NCBI GenBank assembly: GCA_000320545.1
Contig: ADNK01003343.1
Coordinates: 23,991 to 87,990, forward strand
Length of the DNA: 64,000 nt
Source of the DNA: Bigelowiella natans CCMP2755
Taxonomy: Eukaryota; Protista; Cercozoa
Direction of reading: 5' to 3'
The first letter of the stretch is position 1, and every line of letters begins with the position of its first letter. Made by a program: the position numbers and the translations under genes. Of the stretch, positions 12,385 through 22,900 are shown piece by piece. A model generated the notes under the pieces. That model was given only the letters and a program-made list of their open reading frames with translations, had not been told where the DNA came from and made no database searches.

Positions 12385-15300
12385 GATTCTCACCACTATT
12401 ACAACCACCACCATCACCACCACCGTCTCACACGGTCGTATGTTGCATTATTTTAAGTATAAGCTCCAACAGGGGATCATTGTCCCGCACCTGTTGGGGC
12501 CCAGGGCGGAAGGTGTGCAGACATTGAAGATATCTAGCAATTCATCCATATCGGTAGCACCATACGCATCAATCGCACTGGTTGCTTCGTGAATTGCACG
12601 CAAGCAGGCGGGATGAGCTTCATCGTAGTCCCTGGTCACAATGTCACTCCATGTGAATGCATCGACACCATGAGCCTCCCACGCGTCCCTGTCGTAGTAG
12701 CCAATCGGTGCGGATGATGCCAGTGCGCCCACCACTGCCTCGGGATGAGAAACTCGGAGAAACCTACCGGAGATTGCTTAGTATGTAGCAGCGTAGCTAA
12801 GGGGGAACCACGTCTCAGCGAGAAATCATGTTACATTCTCCCTCTCTCCTGATTCTCGAGGTATAAAACAATTTACGTTGTTAGAGTTCCCCCGTATGAA
12901 CCGCCGAAGGCGACAACAGGGCAGTTGGCAGCCCCGAGCTTGGTCGATTTGATGTGAGATAGCAATTCAACGTAATCCTCGATCACCTGGTTGGTGACAA
13001 TCGATCGTAGCAGGAAAAGTGAGTTTTCCCCGGGTTACTCGCAATGTATCATCCATCTAGTCTAATCCTTCCACCTGTTCAGTCGTTAAGTAGACAAAAT
13101 TTGCGCTTTCAAAGGAGCTCGGACCGAAAGGGAGACTCTTCCCGTCTTCGTTTGGGAATGAAGGGGAGGGGAGAGGAGAAGGTCGACGAAAAATCAGCCA
13201 ACAACGTCGTGGATAGATAAAAAACACATGAAATAGGTTTTGAGAATTAGTAGTCGTACAATATCGTTCCTCAGGGAAGAGCAACAGCGCCCCCCATTTG
13301 GGAGCTAGCACGTTAATCATGAAGCCGTTGGCCTCCCAGAATGCATCAATCGGACCCTCATTGCCCGTATACAGCAAAATTGGGCCCCTGCAGCCATTCT
13401 TCAGTCTTCCTCTGCCATCCCAATTCTCCTCGTTCAATAGGAACCTCTGAGGCCATCTCTACGCGCATTCGAGCATCTATTCAGATCATGGGTGTAGCGC
13501 GTACCACTACGCGGGCACAAGTCACGTGCGACAACAAAGGGGTTGTCGCGGATATAGAATATAGATAACGTAGATATTAATACAGCATAGGCACGTGGGT
13601 TCCGGCGGGACTCATGGCAGCACACCGGAAGTGTGCTGCCCCACGTGCGGCGGCATTCGCGAAAGCTTCGCGAATGATTACGCAGTGCACGATTTAATAA
13701 AAATATAATCTTTAATAAAAATAAACACAACTCTTCAAAAGGAAGCAAACGTGCCTTTCCCCCCCCCTGCCTACTTGTGCACGTAGCGCCTCGGCCTGTG
13801 AACACCTTACGCGCAACAACCTTTGGCTTCCACACACGGGAAACGATTTGACTAACAATGTCACAGCAGCTAGAAGAACAGCAGGACTTTGGCTCGCAGG
13901 CCGTGCAAGGGCACGAGCAGAAACAGGAAAGGAAGGGCGATACGGACGCTAAGGAAGGAGGAGGAACACCTCCACAGGCACCGCCGGGACCAGCACCCGG
14001 GATTAAGAAAGCAGATGCAGCAGCAGAGGCACTGGAGAACTTCTACGAGGCGGACGACGAGGACGTGGCCGCCGAAAGCAAGAAGGTCGTAATGGCATTA
14101 CGAGCCTTGCGACCCAGGGCGAGCAACTACGCCAAACTGAAAGTATCGATAGAATACAAGTATCAGACACATGATGTTTGGGCAGCTATCATGCAGGACA
14201 TCATGGATTACGAAGCAGACTTACCTCCAGAGTGGGCAGCTTTGTTTAGGAACGACGGGGGTCTGGGCGCCTCGCGGGGGACGACCCAGAGCACCGTCAA
14301 GCAGCAGCAGCCGGTACAGCGGAACACCCAGTTCATGTCTGTTAAAACAGCACCGGTTATGATAACGAAATACAACGGGAAAAGAGGTGAGGCAAGGAGG
14401 TGGTGGAAGAACGCTAGGAGTATACTCTGCGACTTTACCCCTAACCCCACCGAAAACGACAAGCTCAAATGGCTAGCTATAATAAAGCAAGCCATGGACC
14501 TTTACGAGACAGGCAGGACCCGGATCAGGCAGCTAGAGAAAATACACACTACAGTTAGTGGGCTACGAGACGTTGAGGCGATAATGAAGGCTTTTGTAAA
14601 TGAACAGGATGCTAACTCCCTACCCCAGGCTATTAGAAAATACAGAGCAATGATGCAGCATGAGAGAGAACCTGTTAGAGACTTTGCCACGCGCTTCCAG
14701 GATATGATCGACGAACTACATGATTTTAATTACAACACAGGTGATGATCAGGCAAGGTTTGAAGAGTTCAAGTTAAAGATAAAGGAATCCACTTACGTTA
14801 CGGAGAAAGGCTACACCACGATGGAGGCAGCAGTGCAGGCTATATCCCTACGCGAGCAGGAGCAGGACCGCAAGTTTACCAGCCCTAAGGTACCTGGCAT
14901 AGGAAACATTAACGCTATTAAGCCGCAGCGAGACTGGTACAAGGACAGGGAAGGTAACCGACGTTGCGGATACTGCTCACGTAAAGGGAAACACACCGCT
15001 AAAGACTGCAGAGACAGGAAAGAAGGACGACCCAGGATGACGATCAGGCAGCTCAACGAACACTACGAGAAGTTAAAGAGAAAGAAAGGCAGAGGACAAG
15101 GATATAACAACAGCAAATGGCAAGGCAGCAACAACGGGAAGAACAATAAATATAAGAACAAAAAGCAGAACAGTATCAATGCTATACAGCAGCAGATAAA
15201 CGGAATATTAGATCACCTTAAGCAGGCGCCGACGAAGACAGCAGTACCAGCAACGCAGGACCAAGACAAGCCCATGACCCTAGACGACATAAAGAACTTA

Positions 15301-18300
15301 GGAGTATGCAACATTAATGACGAAGACGCTAACAGGACTATCAAAGTTGCTATGACCAAGGTTAAAGTTAAAGACAGCTACGGAGACTACAAGAAACTAC
15401 CTGCCCTTTGGGATAGTGGCAGCATGCCGAAGTCCTTCATAAGCCTAAGCACAGTAAGAAGGTTAGGACTATTGGATCAAGTGACTAAGAAAGAACGTAA
15501 ATATGCTCAAGCAGACGGAAGCTCTTCCATGAAGACCGTCGGTGAGCTAATGCTAAAGCTACAGATACCTGGCAGCGACGCGGAGACCCAAATCAAGACC
15601 CGAGTAGCCATGACTTTATCCATGGAACTACTCCTCGGACAGGATGCCCTAGAAAAATTAGGGGGGATCATATCATTCTACAATCACAAGATATACTTTG
15701 CTAAGTTGCCAAAGAAGTCAGGCAGGACCATCAGCCAGAACATGATACGGCTTGACGAGTGGACCTCTGAGTCAAGCGTTAATGCGTTAGAGTTTATGGA
15801 CCTAGCGGACAACAAGCTACCTACACCTACCGAGCTACGGAAGAAGAACCCCGGCAAGACCATCCGACAGATAACGGAGCTACTGGACAAGACCCCCCCA
15901 GCTGATGATTGGGATATCGACAAAGGCAAAAAGTACATTAATAAAATATTAAACGAGAAGTACTCTGACATCACCAAGCCGACGACGAAGCCCTCCAGCA
16001 AGCTTACCCCAGTAAAGATCGAGCTAAAGAAGGGATACGAAGAGTGCATCATCAATGACCCAGAACATAGGCGACCGGAAGCGGACTGGGAAAAGATAGA
16101 GTGGCAGATCAATGAATGGGCAAAGGAAGGGAAGATAGAGCCAAGCAACTCACCATGGAACGTGAGACATGTGCTAGCTAAGAAACCTACTTACCCTTTC
16201 TTCCGCCTGGCGCACAACTTCATCCGCCACAACCGAGTAATAAAGAGGATCCAGACACCTACACCAAGGATAGATGACGTTATTGAACACGTCATAGGAT
16301 ACAAATACTACTCTTCCCTAGATAAAAATGAATCATACATGCAGACACCCATCCACAAAACCTCCCGCCCCATTACCGCGTTCTCCAGCAGGCACAGGAA
16401 GTGGCACTTCGTCGTATTCCCTTACGGCCTAAGCATATCAGGGGATGCGTTCAGTAGTCAGAACTACAGGGCATACACACATGATGGGATGGCGTCTGTG
16501 TTGTGGGTGTTTGTGTTTGTGTATGTGGATGATGACATAATATGTACCAACACAGTCGTCGCTCAGATCTTCCTCCTGGAAAATATATTTATTAGGTTTG
16601 CACACTTCGGTTTTACTATTAGACTGCAGAAGTGTACATTCCTAGCTACAAGAATCAAGTGGTGTGGATATTACCTGGAGCAAGGCCGCATCACCCCAAA
16701 CCCCGAGAAAGTAGCAGCACTACAGCAAGCCCCTAAACCTAAGAATGCAAAGGAGTTAAAGTCATTCTTGCAGACTGCAGCTTGGATACTACGTAGGTTC
16801 TCCCCTACCTACGCTAGGACTGCAGCTGCTTTTACTACTGCTTACCGGAAGGAGAACTCTGTAGGCCTCAGCTTCGCTAAGGTGTGGGCCAAGGCTGGCC
16901 TTGATGCCCACTTCGATAACCTAATAAAGTTATGCAGCAACACCCTATTGAATGCTAAGCTAGACACTACTAGACCAGCTACCCTATGGACAGACTGGTC
17001 TAAGCTAGGTATGGCTGCTGTACTTACCCAAGACCAGCAGATCATACGGGTGTGGGGCAGGGCCTGCACAGCAGCTGAGGCCAAGTACAGCCCTACAAAA
17101 GGAGAGTATAAAGCCATGACTGAGGCGCAGAGGAAACTAAGATACTACCTGCTGTCGGTGCCCAGCTTCACCTTAATGACTGACCACAAGCCCCTCCTAG
17201 GCATCGACCGCAAGCTCGAAGCGCCTAACGATGAGTATGCAGCTATGAGGGCGGACACGGAAGAGTTTAGGGACAAGAGGACAGTGGTCTACGCACCAGG
17301 AGACAAGCAGCTTGCTGACTATTTCAGCAGGCTGTTCGAAAAGAAAGTCCCTACCCAGGTCACCCCTATGGTTAACGCGATTACCTTCGAGGACGGCGAC
17401 TTCCTGCCTGAGCCAGAGGAGCTCCAGCACCTTCAAGAACACCTGGATAAATACAAACACAAGCATGAGGTACTTAGTGATAGGATATATGTATACACTA
17501 ATAATGTTAGGCGTACCTACGTGCCACGGCGGACCAGGGGAGCCCTTCTCTTTACCGCCCATGGACCTGCACACGTAGGAGAAAACCATATCACTGCTCT
17601 ACTCTACCATTACTACTGGCCCTACAAGCTAAAAGAGATAAGGACATACCTGCGTGGCTGCAGGTGCTCCAGCTTGAAGGCGGCAGGCGTCGCCACCAAG
17701 GAGTCCAGCAAGAGCCGTGCATCTAAGAAAATCAAAGCAAGGAACTTCTTAGATATCGTGCAAATTGATGTTTATAAGTACGATGGCTATCACTACCTTA
17801 CCTTCGTTGATGTGGCCACTGGAAAGTGCTGGGTTAAAAAGATTATCAAGGTCAACGTTGCTAAGAAGAACAAAGGCTTATATAAGCAGAGGCTTACTAA
17901 CTGCTACCGTACCTGGGAGTCTGAGCTCCAGGCTATCCCTGATGAAGTTAGCATAAACAAGATACCAAAGAAGTTACATGTGGATAATGAGACCTCTCTT
18001 CTACAGCTACCACACCCTAATATTGATGCCTCACCTGTATACTATGCCCAGTCCAACTCCAAGGTAGAGCGACTCCACCGCACCTTGGCCAACCTAAGCA
18101 GGATAAATAGCACCACACCAGACAAGATACAAGGGTTAGTAAACGACACCTTCACGTCTGGGGGAGGTATCAAGGATAAGGAGAGGGAAGAAGGCGACGA
18201 CAACGACGACGATACCGAGAGCGAAGACGAGAAGGTCCCGTACGATGGCCGAGTTCTAAAGGAAGGACAGTATGTTAGGGCCAAGGTAAATCTGAGATCG

Positions 18301-19393
18301 AGAAATAAACAAGACCCCTTCTGGGGTGGCGTTGCAAAGGTTACCGAGAGGAAGGGGAGGAAGCAGTACTACATCTATGATGGGAACAGGGTCACCTTGC
18401 GCCACATCAGTCACCTAAAGAATTATGATATCGGTGAGAAGCTCCTAGAGGATGTTAAAGTAAACCCTACTGTGTGGGAGCGAGCAATGCCTTGTTTAGG
18501 ACCCCGACCTAAGTTCGATGTGGAATATGGAAACAATAAGGTCAGGGTGAACGACGATTGGCGCATGAAGATTGTCTATCTAGGCTACCCTGGATTACGA
18601 AATATGGAGAGGGTAGCTATGAAAATAAAGGACGGAAAATATCAGCTACTCTACCTAGCTGTTCCCGACTTACCCTTTGAGCACTGGTATAAGGTCCTGG
18701 GGGACCTTGATGCAGAGGGCTGGTATGGACACGAACCTAAGGACGAAGGTGAGTTCTGGGTAAGCGACAAAGGAGATAAGGTTAGAGAGGAATCTATTAC
18801 CTGGTGGTTGGTGAAGTTCCGAAAGCGATGAAGGTCTAAGGGAATAAGGAAGGAAGGAAGGAGCAACGTGACTTGGGGGAGGTGTAGCGCGTACCACTAC
18901 GCGGGCACAAGTCACGTGCGACAACAAAGGGGTTGTCGCGGATATAGAATATAGATAACGTAGATATTAATACAGCATAGGCACGTGGGTTCCGGCGGGA
19001 CTCATGGCAGCACACCGGAAGTGTGCTGCCCCACGTGCGGCGGCATTCGCGAAAGCTTCGCGAATGATTACGCAGTGCACGATTTAATAAAAATATAATC
19101 TTTAATAAAAATAAACACAACTCTTCAAAAGGAAGCAAACGTGCCTTTCCCCCCCCCTGCCTACTTGTGCACGTAGCGCCTCGGCCTGTGAACACCTTAC
19201 GCGCAACATGGGGAGAAGTTGGGTTACTTGCTGGTTAGTGCGTGCGTACCCTCTGAGATGCTGCATCGAAATGATCCAACGTTTGGTTGAAGTATAACTC
19301 CTTGTAGGCGGGGAACGAGCCGGCGCAGAGCTCCAGAAAGGATGCAACAACAATGAGGGAGCGGAGGACGACATCATTGGAAGGGGCTGTCAT
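11103..19393 (-). CDS. Serine carboxypeptidase S28 (lysosomal Pro-X carboxypeptidase/DPP2-like), spliced; intron 1 contains the gypsy element
   Basis: Signal peptide and YFNQTLDHF in exon 1, spliced in frame to RWPQRFLLNEENW. Also YTGNEG, GGSYGG (catalytic Ser, about 12890-12905), GALASSAP, NGALDPW (Asp) and AHHLDL (His); stop at 11103-11105. Confidence 0.92.
13493..13818 (+). repeat. Gypsy 5' LTR
   Basis: TGTAGCGCGTA...TACGCGCAACA, a 10/11 terminal inverted repeat; direct repeat of 18883-19208. Confidence 0.97.
13824..13846 (+). other. Gypsy primer-binding site
   Basis: TGGCTTCCACACACGGGAAACGA, 5 nt after the LTR. The reverse complement ends in GGAAG-CCA with a T-arm-like TCGTTTCCCG, resembling a tRNA-Glu/Asp-like 3' end; tRNA identity not confirmed. 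Confidence 0.75.
13858..18831 (+). CDS. Gypsy gag-pol polyprotein (1657 aa) with an extra C-terminal domain
   Basis: Zinc knuckle CGYCSRKGKHTAKDC, protease LWDSGS, RT YVDD, RNase H TDWS...E...TDHKPL, integrase H-H-C-C and D,D,E. Confidence 0.96.
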   Translation: MSQQLEEQQDFGSQAVQGHEQKQERKGDTDAKEGGGTPPQAPPGPAPGIKKADAAAEALENFYEADDEDVAAESKKVVMALRALRPRASNYAKLKVSIEYKYQTHDVWAAIMQDIMDYEADLPPEWAALFRNDGGLGASRGTTQSTVKQQQPVQRNTQFMSVKTAPVMITKYNGKRGEARRWWKNARSILCDFTPNPTENDKLKWLAIIKQAMDLYETGRTRIRQLEKIHTTVSGLRDVEAIMKAFVNEQDANSLPQAIRKYRAMMQHEREPVRDFATRFQDMIDELHDFNYNTGDDQARFEEFKLKIKESTYVTEKGYTTMEAAVQAISLREQEQDRKFTSPKVPGIGNINAIKPQRDWYKDREGNRRCGYCSRKGKHTAKDCRDRKEGRPRMTIRQLNEHYEKLKRKKGRGQGYNNSKWQGSNNGKNNKYKNKKQNSINAIQQQINGILDHLKQAPTKTAVPATQDQDKPMTLDDIKNLGVCNINDEDANRTIKVAMTKVKVKDSYGDYKKLPALWDSGSMPKSFISLSTVRRLGLLDQVTKKERKYAQADGSSSMKTVGELMLKLQIPGSDAETQIKTRVAMTLSMELLLGQDALEKLGGIISFYNHKIYFAKLPKKSGRTISQNMIRLDEWTSESSVNALEFMDLADNKLPTPTELRKKNPGKTIRQITELLDKTPPADDWDIDKGKKYINKILNEKYSDITKPTTKPSSKLTPVKIELKKGYEECIINDPEHRRPEADWEKIEWQINEWAKEGKIEPSNSPWNVRHVLAKKPTYPFFRLAHNFIRHNRVIKRIQTPTPRIDDVIEHVIGYKYYSSLDKNESYMQTPIHKTSRPITAFSSRHRKWHFVVFPYGLSISGDAFSSQNYRAYTHDGMASVLWVFVFVYVDDDIICTNTVVAQIFLLENIFIRFAHFGFTIRLQKCTFLATRIKWCGYYLEQGRITPNPEKVAALQQAPKPKNAKELKSFLQTAAWILRRFSPTYARTAAAFTTAYRKENSVGLSFAKVWAKAGLDAHFDNLIKLCSNTLLNAKLDTTRPATLWTDWSKLGMAAVLTQDQQIIRVWGRACTAAEAKYSPTKGEYKAMTEAQRKLRYYLLSVPSFTLMTDHKPLLGIDRKLEAPNDEYAAMRADTEEFRDKRTVVYAPGDKQLADYFSRLFEKKVPTQVTPMVNAITFEDGDFLPEPEELQHLQEHLDKYKHKHEVLSDRIYVYTNNVRRTYVPRRTRGALLFTAHGPAHVGENHITALLYHYYWPYKLKEIRTYLRGCRCSSLKAAGVATKESSKSRASKKIKARNFLDIVQIDVYKYDGYHYLTFVDVATGKCWVKKIIKVNVAKKNKGLYKQRLTNCYRTWESELQAIPDEVSINKIPKKLHVDNETSLLQLPHPNIDASPVYYAQSNSKVERLHRTLANLSRINSTTPDKIQGLVNDTFTSGGGIKDKEREEGDDNDDDTESEDEKVPYDGRVLKEGQYVRAKVNLRSRNKQDPFWGGVAKVTERKGRKQYYIYDGNRVTLRHISHLKNYDIGEKLLEDVKVNPTVWERAMPCLGPRPKFDVEYGNNKVRVNDDWRMKIVYLGYPGLRNMERVAMKIKDGKYQLLYLAVPDLPFEHWYKVLGDLDAEGWYGHEPKDEGEFWVSDKGDKVREESITWWLVKFRKR
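18883..19208 (+). repeat. Gypsy 3' LTR
   Basis: Direct repeat of 13493-13818, preceded by the PPT. Confidence 0.97.
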
Positions 19394-19439
19394 GGTGCCT
19401 ATTCGGACGAGCCTTGCCAATCTTCAGAGACTCTGCAGT

Positions 19440-19496
19440 GATGCAACTCATAATCTCGGAGACTATTCAGAGATGCAACTCATAATCTCGGAGACT
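19440..19496. repeat. 32-bp-period tandem duplication upstream of the S28 gene
   Basis: GATGCAACTCATAATCTCGGAGACT at 19440 and 19472, with a degenerate partial copy just before. Confidence 0.8.
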
Positions 19497-19952
19497 CTCC
19501 TACATAGCGCCGCTGGAACGAAAAAAACCCGGCGGGAAATTATTCTTTTCACAGGAGCTGTTCTTCTGTCTTTTTGTGTTCGTGTTTTTTTCGTCCACAT
19601 ACTACTACTCGTAGATCAGTTTCAGATAAAAAACGCACAAACATGATTGATAAGTTACACCATGAGATTTATATCGGTAAAAATCTGGTGAAATCACCAA
19701 TTTCCATCCGATGGATACGGATCCGCTGTCCGCCTACGTAGCATCTTCGAAATGCCGCAGCGAGAAGTTTACAAGTGATGCCCGCAAATATTTGAGAGCG
19801 ACCTCGTGATTCGAGTTGCCGACAGTTTTTGGAGTTACGTCGTCTCTTCGGCATAATCCGTCACGGCGTTTTGCTCATTGGTCTCGCCCCTACCTACCTT
19901 GCTAAGTATTTCTATTGGCTAAATGATGTTCCCCTACTCAGGAAATTTTCGG

Positions 19953-22900
19953 ATGCAGCGAGCTTTAACTCTGCTAGCATGCGGTCTTGCGACCGTATCT
20001 GCGTTTGACAGTGTTGCGCAAGTTGACGGAACGGTAACGATCGAAGGAACAAGCACCGCAACAAGTTACAACTACAAGGCGGACAAAGGACCTGCAGTAT
20101 GGCACAATTTAGATACGGCATGGGCGGTAAGTCAGCCAAGTCCCCAATTTGGATCAGATTCGACATGAATGGGCATTTTTACAGATTTGCCAGAGTGGAA
20201 CAGAGCAGTCTCCCATTGACATCGACGCTACTCAAACAGTTACTGGAGTTAACACCCCTATCGTGTTCACTTATGGTCTTGCCACTGGATTTTCTGTGAA
20301 GAACAATGTAAGCACCATCACTTTCAAGATATGTATTTGCCAAGTATGAATGAGTTATCGTTCCCGCAGGGCAAAACATTGGTCTTCAACAACCTGTCTC
20401 CGAATTCCTTAAGCATCGCTGGCAGTACCTTCAATCTGGTCAACATTCACATGCATTCTCGGTCGGAGCACACCATTAATGGAGGAAGTTTCCCGGTAGA
20501 AACTCTTATAATTTTTACTCTACTGAAGTATACAAGTATTAGTTGCAATTGACGCAATGGGTGAGAGTAATGATAAAACTGAAGTTATACCTTTTGCTCA
20601 TCATTTACCGAATTGAATCTGGATAGGTATATCTGGATAATATAATGTTTACTTCATATGCTAATTCATCGAAAGGACGAAGAATAAGAATTTTTTTTGG
20701 AATATGTATAACACAAGATTCTAAGAGAGAGTAACGAATATGACCAATATCGCTCGAAAATTGTTTCATGAATCGAATTCTCACTTTCACGACAGATTGA
20801 GATCCACTTTGTGCATGCGGATGCGAACGGAGCCCTTCTTGTTGTCGGTGTGATGGCAAAGGAAGGAGCTGCAAACCCAGCTTTCCCTCTCGATGATCGC
20901 CTGAAGCAGATCTTTCCTGACGCAGTTGGAACTACCTACTCGCAACCTACCTATGGGCTAAATCTCACTGCTCTCCTCCCTACCACGCAAACCTACTACC
21001 ACTACAACGGTTCCCTCACAACACCACCATGCTCGCAGGACGTCCGCTGGCATGTGATGCAGAACGAGATTACCTTTTCCAGTTCACAGATGAGTATCTT
21101 GATCAAGGCTCTGGAAGGTCTTGCTTACGCAGGGGAAAATGGCGAGACTAATCGTCCTGTGCAGCCCCTCAATGGCCGAACTGTGTATGTTGGGGTAATA
21201 ATCGAAGCTAGCCATTTGTCGAGATTCCCCTCCCCTTCCAATATTTTTGTGGTTGGTCATTAATCATTTGCACTTTCACGCTCCGCAGCTTTTTGATGCG
21301 TCATAAGAAATATGTCCTCATCACAAATAATATCGCATAATTCAACAGCAATCCCCTTATGGCCTCCGGCCTTCCACAAGTCCAACTGGCGGATCTTCCG
21401 GAACAGCTCCAACGCAGACTGTTGGATTGCTAAAATTCGACGCTATCTCCTCCTCCAGATCTTACGACTGGAAATTGGGTGTCAATGGGCCTGCAAATTG
21501 GAGCTCTTTCGCGACGGTGTGTGGAAATGGGGTGAGGCAGTCTCCGATTGACATCGACGTTAGTCAGGTGCAGACTGGAATTACCACCCCTGTTTCGTTC
21601 AGCTACTCAAATCCAAACGCGATCGTCATCAACGACGGGAAAACTGTGAAGTTTGATCTCTCGGGTACTGGATACGTTGATATTGGGAGCCTGCGATGCA
21701 ACCTACTTCAAGCACACTTGCATCATTCTTCGGAGCATCTCCTCAATGGTGGAAGTTTCCCTATGGAAATGCATTTTGTACATCAATGCCCCTCAAACGG
21801 ACAGTACGCTGTCTTGGGAGTGTTTATCGTCGAAGGTGCTGCTAATGCGGCTTTTTCAGACGTTCGTCAGTTCAAACAGATGATCCCCGGAGACAAAGGC
21901 ATTACGCAAACATTTAGCTTTCAGATTGCTAATATGCTTAGCCTGTTCCCAACCGACCGCACCTTCTACCACTATAAGGGTTCCCTCACCACTCCTCCGT
22001 GCACAGAGGCTGTTGAATGGCATGTCTTCAAGAACCCGATTACCTTCTCTAAAGATCAGATGGAGGTGATGCTGAAGCGGCTCAAAAATCTGAAGTATGC
22101 AAGTGAGACTGGACTTACGAATCGCCCAGTTCAGCCCCTTAACAACCGCATAGTTTATCAAGGATACCCATTCCCAGTAGACCCAGCCGTGAACACCACT
22201 GGGCCATTCGTCCCAGGACCAGAGCCCCCACAGGCAGTCGGAACTGTAGTTGTCGAGGGAGTCGATCCATCAAAAATAGAATATAACTACGATGACACCG
22301 ACAAGGGACCTGCGAGGTGGCACACTTTAAACTCGGCCTGGGCTATCTGCCAAAGTGGGCTTCAGCAGTCGCCTATCGACATCATCCAGAAGGATGTGGT
22401 GCAAGGTGTCTCTACTCCCATGGTTTTCAACTATGGTCCGTCACCGTACTCTGTGAAAAACACCGGAACTTCCCTCGTTTTCGATTTCTCTTCCGTCAAC
22501 AACACCGTCACCATCGGCGGACGCATGTGGACCCTTGTCCAGTTCCACATGCACACGCTCTCTGAGCACGCTTTCAACGGCGGGCTGTTCCCCATGGAAA
22601 TCCACTTCGTGCATGCTGACCATTTGGGAAACCTTGCCGTTCTTGGCGTGCAGGTGATAGAAGGAGCTCACAATCCTACGTTTGACTCTGCCGGGCGCTT
22701 AGCACAAATCATGCCAGATACATATGGAGTGAAGTACAAGACAAGTGAGACTTTTGTACTCGACAACCTTTTCCCCGCTTCCAAGAGTTTCTATCATTAC
22801 ATGGGATCGCTCACAACTCCGCCTTGTTCGGAAAACGTCGTTTGGCACGTCTTCAAAAACCCCATCGAAATGTCCACTGCACAGCTCGATGTCTTCCTCA

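Larger units (their letters stand above)
13493..19208 (+). mobile_element. Intact Ty3/gypsy LTR retrotransposon
   Basis: Two 326-bp TG...CA LTRs that look identical by eye, 4-bp TSD TGGG (13489-13492 and 19209-19212), PBS, PPT GGGGGAGG at 18875-18882, and domain order gag-PR-RT-RH-IN. Confidence 0.97.
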
